From contig OZ320321.1 in assembly GCA_976226885.1 (NCBI GenBank), positions 74,090,001 through 74,154,000 on the forward strand: a stretch of 64,000 nt of DNA. The letters are read 5' to 3'. The notes beneath the pieces were generated by a model. The model saw only the letters and a list, made by a program, of their open reading frames with translations, did not search any database and was not told the origin of the DNA. The position numbers were made by a program, and so were the translations under genes. Origin of the DNA: Iphione sp. A-MEVVRFRX5 (Eukaryota). Numbering within the stretch: the first letter of the stretch is position 1; each line of letters starts with the position of its first letter. This document shows, one piece after another, positions 1-10,181 of this stretch.

Positions 1-122
1 ACTCACTGTATGTTGTGAGGGGCAGTGTTATGGTGTCAGGGAGTTCAGCTGCTTCTTCAGCAACAGCTGTCACATGTCGCAGTAATGTCTGTAGAACTGC
101 TTGGTTCATCCTGACCTGGTCT
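1..122 (-). pseudogene. Possible exon of a DUF4806-like/unknown gene fragment
   Basis: On the minus strand, a GTAAGT donor at 482 and a TTCAG acceptor at 123 flank an AT-rich intron-like stretch. The exon reads DQVRMNQAVLQTLLRHVTAVAEEAAELPDTITLPLTTYSE, and LPxxIxLPL resembles DUF4806-associated proteins (from memory only). Confidence 0.25.
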
Positions 123-482
123 CTGAAGCTTTTAAAAGATGTTTTATAAGACAATACATGTTAAAAAATCATTTTCGTCATGCAATGATTTGTCTGTCCT
201 TAATAAACATTATTCAGTAATTCCATGAAACCTTAAATTACTAGTTTTTTGACATGTTACAAAATCTTTGCAAAAAAAAGATACTCATGTACTCATTATG
301 AATAAAGTAAACAGTCTTGATGTTTTTCATCATTATTTTAATCAGGTCTGAAAACATGATATTCCCTTCAATGATCAAGAAGGCAATCTAGATCATTCCT
401 TAAAGTGATGAATACATAAATAGTAGATGTGAGCTACATAAGAGGGTATAACCACAATTTCATTTAAATGATAGGCACTTAC

Positions 483-1333
483 ATGTTGCAGCGCTGTGTG
501 TATGTTCAACTGTCACTGATCTCTTGAGTGGACATTTTTCCTTCAACTTTTGCAATCTCTAAATATGCCTCTGCTCTTGTGCGGGTCCCTATTTTTCTGA
601 GGGATTCATACATAAGCAACATTTCTGATCTCGCATTTCGCTCACTCACCAATGTCTGGAGGTCTCGATCATCTCGATAGAAGCCTGGGATGCTGCTTGT
701 GTGAATGGAGCTTTTAAAGATGTACTAGTTCTCCAGACACTGTGAGATGAAGTCCAGTCTCATGTTGCAGCGTGCTTGTACTGCCATTAGCCGCATCGCC
801 CCGTTCCAGCTGTCCACGTCAGCTTGAGACAATGTTCGTAGCCATGGTTGATTCTGTAAAGTAAATGGTAGATTGTGAGTGGGTGCTCCATTCTTCTCAA
901 TTTTGTTACTCTCATTTGGTGGTGAATGTGTGTAGTGTTTGGATTTCTTGTGTTCGTTTTCTTCTTCATCGGAATCTGTGGAGGATATTTTTCGTTTTCT
1001 GCATTTTACAGGTTAATGTTTTACTGGTGTTTGACTGTCTAATGGGATCGTCATGATTTTTGTTGCCACACTTTTTGTGATAATTGTCCGGGCTGGGTCG
1101 AATAATTGTCTCTTGATGGACCATTTTATATGTTTACTATATGTGTCTACTTGGCTGTAGTCAATAATGTGACCTACCTCGAGATTGATGATCCTCGGTT
1201 GTTTTGGCGTCGGATTCTTTTGTAGCAAGTTGCTTGCATGGCCTTTCAAGGAGAAGTCAAACTTCTTCCTACTTGTTTGGGTGGTTTCGTCCATTTGGTC
1301 GTCGCTGTTGTCTTCTAATGAGAGGTTTGCCAT
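483..1333 (-). pseudogene. Decayed ORF of unknown function
   Basis: One frame runs from MANLSLEDNS (1333) to about 500, broken only by isolated in-frame stops (e.g. 1013-1015). No family assigned. Confidence 0.35.
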
Positions 1334-1649
1334 CTCCTCTTTTCCTTAGCCCGTGTCATGGTCACTGAGGATGCACAGGTTGGTCAGGGTATCGGAGGAG
1401 CTTCGCCTGGTTGCCATTCTTGTTCTCTGGTGATATATGTTCAGCTCGACCTGGTCGCCCTTGTCTGCTTGGATATTCTGGATACAGAAAAACCATTACA
1501 AGATGAACAATTTGACAAACCAAAACCACCACCAGCAGTGATATGCAAGACCTCCACCTTCCAGGCCGATCGACTGGCTATTTACAGTTCATGTCATCTG
1601 GGAACTCTCTAAGATGGTGCTACTGAAATTCTCCTCCTGTCAGATGGGT

Positions 1650-2370
1650 CTCCTGTAAAATCATGTGAAAGTCGATTCACTCGACCAGCCGCCCACCTTC
1701 AAGATGGTATCTAGGGGCAGGCCCATCTGTAGCCCCTTGCTTGTCGAGGCTGACCTCGTGCTGTGGGCCGTGAACTGGTCAGTGTCCAACCCACACACCT
1801 TGAGGGTTTCCTTTGTATACCTAGCCAGGGTCGTGCCTGTCACTGGTGTCTTGTGGGAGTACCCCACAAACAGTTGCCCCGTTGATCGAAGGCGTCTGTT
1901 GTGGCGATGTACATCGCCAAGTGTTCGTAGACCCACAGGGACTTGTCCTCGAATGATCTGAAAGTCAGGACCTCCAGGTTGAGGGTGTGGGCTTTGCCCT
2001 ATGTGGCCAGCTCATGCAGGACTGGGGCGACGTCCCAAATCTCCTTGAAACGTGGCGTGAAGGGCTTCCTGCGTCGCACCCCCTTCATAAACCTGATGAT
2101 GTGTGGGTGTGATCCCAGCTTGAGGTTCCCCTCCAGTATGATGAAACTGGAGAGGAGGCATCTGGCAGCGTTCACATATGAGTATGACATGTCCGCCCGG
2201 GCCAGTCTCTCCAGGAACTCCAGGGCCTGCACCAGGGTTGGGGATCTGGAGTCCATCTTTTTCACCGTGCAGAATGACTTGAACTTGGTCAGCAGCGACA
2301 GGTACTGTTTCCTTGAGGACTTGGCCCAGCCCTGGATCATCCGCTCCACGACCGTCTCTGGGATGACAAC
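1650..2370 (-). pseudogene. DIRS tyrosine recombinase (deleted, with stops)
   Basis: Core-binding motifs WAKSSRKQY, SYSYVNAARCLLS and GSHPHIIRFMKGV; catalytic end FTAHSTRSASTS and GGWSSESTF. Confidence 0.9.
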
Positions 2371-4181
2371 AAATGGAGGAAAGATAAGTGTGTTCAGCCC
2401 GAACCAATCCAGGGAGAACGCATCCATTTCAACTGCACATGGGTCATAGGACACATAACGATCGCATTTGTGGTTGAACCCTGTGGTTGAACCCTAAGTA
2501 AATATCAATTCTCAGGTGCCCCCCCCCCCCTTTTTGTTCGAGGAGAGTTGCAAACACAGTGGGCTTCAGGGCCCACTCCCACAGTTCTTGAATTGTCGGC
2601 TCGCCTCATCCGCCTCCGTGCTGTCAACCCCAGGACAGAAGGCCATGGATAGGGTGATGTCGTGTTTCTCACAGAACACTAGTATTTCCCTGGCAGGTCA
2701 TTGCAGGCTGGGGACCATGCAGAACCTTTGTCCTGGATAGTAAGCAAAGTTGTCGTTTTATCCGTGTGGACCCGGACATGTCTCCCTGCACATAGTGATT
2801 TGGTCCTGCGCAGGGCTGCCCTGACTGCCCACAGCTCCAGTTCGTTGATGTGTCTGTGGGCTGTCTTGACAGTCCAGGCCTCCCCATATGACTGTCCTGT
2901 CATCACCACGTACATACCCCAACCCGTCTTTGATGCGTCGGTGTAAATCTCTACATGCACCGGAGGGTCCTTGATGGCCCTTTCATCTTGGCCCACATGT
3001 TTCAGCCACCACTGTAGGTCCCTTCTGGACTGCTCTGACAGTGACGCCGGGCCCTCAAAGTCTCCCTTTGCTGCCAAGAGTGTGTCATTCTTATCCAACA
3101 CAATGTTCATGGTGTACAAGTGGACCAAGGGGATAGCTTGTGAGGTAGCCTGTAATTGGCCAGCCAAGGCAGCCAGCTGCCGGACTGAGCTGGAGTCCTT
3201 GGTCAGGAACTCCTTGCAAATCTTCCCTATCTCCTTCAGCTTTGCCTCTGGCAAATGGACTATTAGCGATTCCGAGTCGATGACAAACCCCAGATGTTCA
3301 ATGCGTCTCACTGGTCTCAGTATAGACTTGTCAGGGTGTATCAGAAACCCTAAGTCCTGCAGAGTCTCTACCAGGATCTTTGTGCTGTGAGCCACGACGT
3401 CCGCCTCACTGTGGCAGATGATTGTCGTCCAGGTAGGCTGACACAATGACATCCGTACGCTGGCATACATCTCCCAGCACCGCCCGCATCATCTGGGTGA
3501 ATGTCCTTGGTGTGGAAACCAGTCCATTGTGAACCGGTACCTATGTTCCCCCAGTATGAACTGGAGGAAGTCTCTGTCCCGGTTCCTGACAGAGACCAAG
3601 AAGTAGGCATGTACAATGTCCACTGAGGTGAATTAGAAGCTCCTGCCCACCAGGGATAGGAAGGATGACAGGTTCTCCATCTTAAAGTGGTGGTGAGGGA
3701 CCCAGAGGTTAAAGTTCTTGAGGTTTAGGATGATTCTGTGTGAGCCATCCTTTTTTTGTCTCAAGAAGATTGTGGACACAAAGGCTCTCGCCGATGGTGT
3801 TGCTTCCTCCACCACCCCCTCCTCCAGCAGGCTGTCAACCAGCTTGTGGAAAATTCACAAGTCCTTGTGGGACTCTGGCACAGAGGGCGTGTGGCCCTGC
3901 TCCGGACGTCCGGACATGTCCAACGTGACTCCTGTTGCCAGGCTCCTAATGTACTGGCTCCCTGTTAGGGCCTCCCACCTGCCTGCCCTGTCAGCCACTC
4001 TCCCTGCTCTGAAGGGGCCAGGGGTAATCACAAAGTCAAAGTCAAGGTCGGGCAGAGTAGGGGGCAGAACATCATGCACAACATCTTTGTGGTCAACAGA
4101 ATGAGTAGGTGAGGAAGGGGTACCCACATCTACTTCCTTCTTCTGGCGCTGGTTGCTCTTGTTGGTGGCAGGTCCCTTCAC
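2371..4181 (-). pseudogene. DIRS pol: RT, RNase H and truncated DAM-like methylase
   Basis: FRAGRVA...W...T; IFLRQKKDGSHRIILNLK; HHHFKME; AYLDD at about 3425-3440; HLGFVIDS; YTDASKTGWG; HINELELWAV; VHTD; DAFSLDW...IFPPF. Several frameshifts and stops. Confidence 0.9.
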
Positions 4182-5760
4182 CTGCCGGTGCTGCCCATTT
4201 TTTTACCGCTGTCTGTTGAAGTTGTTGTTGCTGCTGCTGCTGCCACTGCTGCTGTGACTGCAGTTGCTCTGTTGGCTACTGCTGTAGCCCGATCTGCTAG
4301 CCTGTGGCGCAGGCTGTCTCTGCGGTGCTGCCGGCAGCCGGGGGGACGCCTCGTCATGAGGGTCTGTTCCAGTTTCCGTGCCTCGGAGCACTCCCGCACT
4401 CTGTCTGGGATGTTTTCTCCTAAGAGAAGTTCCCAGTCATCCTGGGGTCCCTTCTGGCACAGTCGTCGGTAGGCCGGTGGCAGTCTGAACCTGATGATGT
4501 CGTGTCTTTGGTGGTTTGAGAGGAAGGACAACCTTCCCATCAGTCACAGGGCTGTGGTCACTCTGGTGACCACCTCCTTGGGGTCCAAGGGCATCCCCAC
4601 GTCGTAGGCACTGGCAATATCCACCAGCGATATAGCGGCAAACTGATTAAGGTGAAGTATCTCAGCTGTCTGCCAGTCGCGGTTTATGTCGCCTTCCTTC
4701 ATCACCAGCTCCGGGTTCAGTTTGGTGTGCCTCAGCACCTTCAGGTTCTCCGGAAGCTCCAACTTGTCTGTCAGTTCCTTGGCCCTGGCTCTGGTCAAGG
4801 GATAGTTCCAGTAGGTCGTGACCAGTTGCACCACCACTGGAGACACCGCCGTCGCCGTGCGGTCCTCCACTGCCGGTCACTCGGCTTGGAACTCACCAGG
4901 CCTCCACAGGTCCCGGGCTGTGGCACCTGCATTGCGGGGGCTGGGGGTGTCGGGTCCGGCTGGTTCCCCGGCTGGGGCACCGGAGCGTCGTCCATGTCCA
5001 TCGGGGTTTCTGGGATGAAAGAGGTCTCATCAGTCGTACCCCAGCTGTCTGACATCTCGACATCGCTCTCTGAGCTGGACACATAGTGGCGACTCCTCTT
5101 GTGTCGCCTGGGCGGAGGAGACTCGCTTCGGCTTTTCAGCCCCATGCGCTTGGCGCAGGTCTCCGCCATGCATCTCATGGCCATCATCATCTGGTCATTC
5201 AAGGGGAACAGGTTCCCCTAACTTCCAGACCGAGATCTCTTGGATCAGCCCCTCGAGTCGGATCATGACCTGGACCACTCCGACAAAGACGATCTCGATC
5301 AGGACCACACACGCCTCTTCCTTTTCTTGGCCGGTCTCCCCCTGGGCTCCAGAATGGCCTTGGAGGCCACCTCCAGGTTGGAAGAGCCCGACCTGGGAGT
5401 GTCCGTCCCTTTGGGGTTGGTCCCCAGTTTTGGGGTGGACCCCTGCCTCTCCGAGCTGGATGGCTTGGAAGGCACCGATCTGGAGGACGAACTCTTGGAG
5501 GTGGAGGTCGTCCTAGTCCTCTGCTGTTTCAGGACAGCCAGAGTCCTGGGGGTTCCCCAACTGGAACCACCCTGGGCCAGAACTGGCCTGGCTGTTGATC
5601 TCTTACCCAGTTGTAGAGCCGGATCAGGCTGGGTATCATCAAGTTCCTCCACTTGGGGTGGAACTTGACCACACTGAAGTGAGGGAAAAGTTACCTCAGA
5701 GTCCGAGTCCGGACCTGAGCTAAACTTCACCACCTCAATCTCAGAGACTTGTTCAGCCAT
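4178..5760 (-). pseudogene. DIRS gag-like ORF1 (frameshifted)
   Basis: Lies upstream of pol; Ser/Arg-rich N-terminus and a LELPENL...KLNPEL segment typical of DIRS ORF1; Ala/Asn-coding microsatellite at about 4221-4270. Confidence 0.65.
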
Positions 5761-6974
5761 CTTCAGTCAGGTAGAGTAGTAGACTCGGAGTTGCTCCTGG
5801 TCTTCTTTGCTGGTCAGCAGGTGATCAGCAGATGCCAGAACCCTCTCCAGGGGGGGCCCTATGAACCCCTCCAGGGTGCTTACACCCAGGTCCGGACTTG
5901 TCACAACACTGATAAGGGAAGGGGGGCCTATGTTGGGACCGTCTCCTACCCTCGTTTGGACCATCCCCCTACCTTCGCTTGGACCATCCCCCCCAGCCAT
6001 CTCTGGCCATCCCTGGCCATCTCTGGGCTTTTGGGGGTACCTACAGTGTTTTTGCGATAACTTGGGAACCGTTGGTCCTATGCACAGGAAATATTTTGTG
6101 CGTGTTCCTGAGACCCAGAGGCAAGTTTCTGGGGATTTTAGACCCTGGGGTCCCGAGTCCCCCAAACTGGGATCCCCACATTGCATCCTGGCAAAATTGT
6201 AACCACAAAACCTGGCACAACTTCATTGTGGGTTGTCGTATCAATGCCATTTTTGACATTTTTGGCATGTAGCCCCAAGTGAGGTGCATATGCATGCCAA
6301 TTTTCAGCCTGTTGGCAGCATTTTTGCCCGACTTATGGGCGGGGAACTGCAACGACGTAGCCATGGTCCCAGCAGGAGTCTACTTGCGGGTCTGCGCCTC
6401 GCTTTCGCCAGCACCTGCAAGGGGATGGTACAAACATTTTCGTGCACCTACACCTAGGTCCGTGCTCCTGTGACGTCACAGGCCCTTGGGGACTTGTGGG
6501 GGACCCCATATTGGGGATGTATTTTGTACCCAAACAAGCATCAGTACAGAGCTGCGCTTTTGAGGGATTATAGTGTGCGTGTTGTGGGCACTTTACCCCC
6601 ACTTTTGGCGGGATGCGGCCATTTTGGATTTCGGACAAGAAGTTATCCGGAATATCCCTGGAGCATTTCCGTAGCACTGCGGGCCAGGCCCGCAATGTGT
6701 CTACCGAATTTCAGCTCCGTACGTCCCGGAAAAAATCCGAGAACCTGAGTTCGTTGGATTGCATACTCAGATGATTCCCCCTTTAATGACACTTGTCAGA
6801 AAAGGAGAGAATCAACTAGAACATCTGAAGCAACCAGACACACGTCTGTTCCCTCCAAATGATAAGCACAGAAAATGACTAGAAGTGCACATGGCTCTTC
6901 CCTTGGTATGACATTACTAACCACGTGATTAATTGATTTGGATAGTTCAATTCAGACCCTCCCTGTCCGTGTGT

Positions 6975-7757
6975 CATTGACATTGACATTGACATTGGTG
7001 GTTTTGCGTTTTGATGACGCAGGGGCTTCGCCTATACGGCAGCCCAATGAATCACGCAGCAGCATGTGCAGTGTACCGAGGTGCACGTGCACTCACCCCC
7101 TCTCACCAGGGTTACAGTGGGCTGGGATACCCACCGGTGTGCTGCGCGTAGGCTTTGCCAGCCGAGGCTGGACTTGAGTGGGTAGCCAAAGACGGTTGTC
7201 CTCAGGGCCCCTCCCGGACTATGTTTTATGTTGGGCCGGGGGAGAACGACGGCGGGCCAACTCGGAAGTGGCTCAGGCGTCCATGACGATGATTGGCAGG
7301 TGTCAGTGAGTATAGAGTGGGTGGGTGCTCAGTCAAGCGTGACGTCAGAACGGGGTCCAAGTCCCGGTAGGCAGCCGGTTCCAGCCCCTCTCACCCCAGA
7401 CCGACCTGGCAACAGCGGCTCGGTGACCGCCGGTGCTACTATGACGTCACGATGTAAACCAGGCGTGACGGATTGCCCATATGTCTCCCGCGCCATTCAC
7501 CCCCTTGCAACAGGGTTACAGTGGTTTGCTAAGACCACCGGTGGTCCGGTCTACACAGTAACAACGTACGTGTTCACAGAAATAAAGGTTCCCACACCAA
7601 TATAACTGAGAACTAGCACCACAAAGGGTTACAGGCTGGTCAAACCAACGGCCCTGCTTTGTACGTGTTACACTATAACTGAGTCCTGCCCACTCTCTCT
7701 GCTGAACACCTACCTCTCAAAGCACGTCCGCACAGCTCCACTCCCGAGAGGGTCCTA
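6975..7757 (-). mobile_element. 5'-truncated LINE 3' fragment (element A), tail (CAATGT)n; probably continues at 18399-18558
   Basis: Tail at 6975-6997 and 3' hairpin at 7023-7045. Candidate 9-bp TSD TCCGTGTGT at 6966-6974 and 18559-18567. Confidence 0.6.
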
Positions 7758-8235
7758 TCAGTGTGTTCAGGTTCAGGTTCAGGTATTGGTTGGCGTATTG
7801 AGGACGCCGGGGCTTCGCCGATGAGGCAGCCCAATTCTGGGGTGGAGTTTCATCCGTCTCCGTGTATAGTTGGTTGGTTTCACTCAGTCGCCAGGATCCG
7901 TGGAGCCGTGGTGAGGATTGCTGGGTTTGGGAGGGTGGAGGTGTAGCAGGCCATGCAAGACACTGTCGTGGGGTTGTTGTCCCAAGTGTCCGCATCCGCC
8001 GTGGTGAGCTGTCGTGGTTGTTACACCAAGCTGCACCAGCCGACAAGTAACCAGTCCGAGTGCGGGACAACCAGTTAAGGGGAAAGATGGGCTCCCCTCT
8101 CCACTGGGCCCGGTTGTGGTGGTGCACTGTCGTAGAATGAGTCCCAAGCCGCACAATGTAGGAGCTCAGCGCTCCACTTATGTGCGTCGTCCTCCCTTGC
8201 GGGGTTTCGAACACCTAACCTATCATCGTGTCCGT

Positions 8236-8862
8236 CAGTGTGCCGCCATGGGGTTGCGCCCCACGCCACTGTTCCTAACCGGTTGGTGTGCTGCAGGGCC
8301 CGAAGCCCGAGCCACACACAGTGGGACTCCACGCCCCGGTTGTGTGTGCCGTAGCCGTAGGCCAGCCTTGTCCTTCCCGAGAGAAGGTGGGCAGCCTTTG
8401 GCAGTGGACACCGAGCAGTGATCCGCCATGGGGAAGGTCCCACGCCACTGCTCCTGTCTGATCCATGGAGGTGCACTTGCGAGGGCCCAGGGCCCGAGCC
8501 GCACAAGGTAGGGACTGTGCGTCCCACTGGATGTGTGCCGTTGCCGCGTGCCAGCCATGCGCATTCCGGGGGAATGGTAGGCAGCCGTTAGCAATGGACA
8601 CCCTGCCGGATCTCGTTACCTAGCAGTGTACCGCCATGGGATTTACCCACGCCACTGCACCCGACCGTATGGGTGTGCCTGCAAGGGTCAGAGCCCTGAG
8701 CCGCACAAGGCAGGGACTGAGCGTCCCACTGGATGTGCGCCGTTGCCGCGGGCCGCCTGTGCCCTCTCCGAGGGGAGTGCGGGTAGCCGTTGGCAGTGGA
8801 CACCTTGGTCGGTATGACTGGCTGAGACAGTGTGGAGCCATGGGTTGCCCCATGCCACTTGT
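8236..8862 (-). repeat. About 3.3 diverged ~180-208-bp tandem modules with conserved hairpins in the 3' UTR of LINE #1
   Basis: Units start near 8236, 8416, 8624 and 8828 and share CCGCCATGGG..CCCACGCCACTG and GGCAGTGGACACC blocks. Confidence 0.85.
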
Positions 8863-9208
8863 TACTTCAGAGTGAGGAGTATGTGGGAGTAGGAGGGAGA
8901 GAGAGGAGGTGAGTAGAGGGTGCATGAGTCTTAAGGGGCCATGGGCCTAGAGCGCCACTCGGTCCGACTCGGTAGAGTGAGAGTGTGAAGGAAGGTGGTC
9001 AGTGCAACTTTCGGAGGGGTCCGGAGACGGACCTTGGTGATGATCTTGAGTGGGCCCCTCCCCGGTCACTAGTGAGGGGCCTGTCCGGCAGCTGGTGTTT
9101 GGACAGCACTTGGTGTCATCTGGGGCTGGGCTTACCTGAAGAGAGAGGAGGGGAGAGGGGGGTTACATGGGGAGAGTTAGTTGGTGGTGACCTTGTAACT
9201 TACGTGAG

Positions 9209-10137
9209 GTGCATGAAGCTGCTTGCTTGGTCGGGGGGAGGTCTGATTCCAGGCTCTTAGGGGCCGCAGTGCAGTCACATGGGCAGACCGCAGTACCGGG
9301 GGTGCCTGGTTCTGTCTGAGGTCTTGGTCCAGCAGGCCTTTTCTGCAGTGCAGTCACCCAGGGCAGACCGCAGAAAGGAGGGTCCGGCTCTGTCGGGGGG
9401 AGAGATGTCTTGGTTCCGGCTGCAGTGCAGTCACCAGGGGCAGACCGCGGCCGGGCTGTGGAAGTCTGGAAAGACAAGCAGAATAGGAAATGTTTTTGGT
9501 TGAGTGCTGCAGGTGTGGGGGTGCATGGGGCTGCTTGCTTGGTCGGGGGGAGGTCTTGGTCCAGGCTCTTAGGGGCCGCAGTGCAGTCACGTGGGCAGAC
9601 CGCAGTACCGGGGGCACTTGGTTCTGTCTGAAGTCTTGGTCCGGGCACTCCTTTTCTGCAGTGCAGTCGCTCCGGGCAGACCGCAGAAGGGGGAGTCCGG
9701 CTCTGTCGGGGGGCTAGATGTCTTGGTTCCGGCTGCAGTGCAGTCACCAGGGGCAGACCGCGGCCGGGCTGTGACAGTCTGGAAGGACAAGCAGAATAGA
9801 AGGTATTTTTAGTTGAGTGCTGCAGGTGTGGGGGTGCATGAGGCTGCTTGCTCGATTGGGGGAGGTCTTGGTCCAGGCTCTCAGGGGCCGCAGTGCAGTC
9901 GCATGGGCAGACCGCGGCACCGGGCATCTGGTTCTGTCTGGGGTCTTGGTCTGAGTACTTCTCTTCTGCAGTGCAGTCGCTCCGGGCAGACCGCAGAAGG
10001 GGGAATCCGGCTCTGTCGTGGGGTCAGGTGTCTTGAATCCGGCTGCAGTTCAGTCACCAGGGGCAGACCGCGGCCGGGCTGTGGTAGTCTGGGGAGGACA
10101 AGCAGGAGGGGGAGTGTTTTGGTTGAGGGTTGCAGGT
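9209..10137. repeat. 3 x ~312-bp tandem repeat, each with three sub-repeats (nine GCAGT(G/T)CAGTCRC-N-GGGCAGACCGC cores)
   Basis: Units start at 9209, 9521 and 9834, immediately 3' of the ORF2 stop of LINE #1. Confidence 0.9.
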
Positions 10138-10181
10138 GGTGGTTTGGCAGCCAGCTCAATGGGCCAGGGGGAGTAGGGTGT

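Larger units (their letters stand above)
1640..6500 (-). mobile_element. DIRS1-type YR retrotransposon, decayed and internally deleted
   Basis: Gag-like, RT, RNase H, DAM-like methylase remnant and YR occur in DIRS1 order on the minus strand. Terminal repeats were not identified, so the ends are approximate. Confidence 0.9.

Noticed and set aside
6358-6374. GCCATGGTCCCAGC resembles the start of the HDV ribozyme
   Set aside because: Only a short match; I could not build P1, P3, P1.1 or J4/2 around it.
7351-7366. CGGG-GTCCAAGT-CCCG hairpin resembling twister P4/L4
   Set aside because: No upstream UAA or P1/P2 elements, and it is antisense to the LINE.
9163-9927. 254-aa repetitive minus-strand ORF
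   Set aside because: It is a translation of the 312-bp repeat (a multiple of three), with no independent evidence of coding.
9209-10137. Conserved cores with variable spacers that look CRISPR-like
   Set aside because: The spacers repeat with period three, there are no cas genes, and the context is a eukaryotic LINE UTR.
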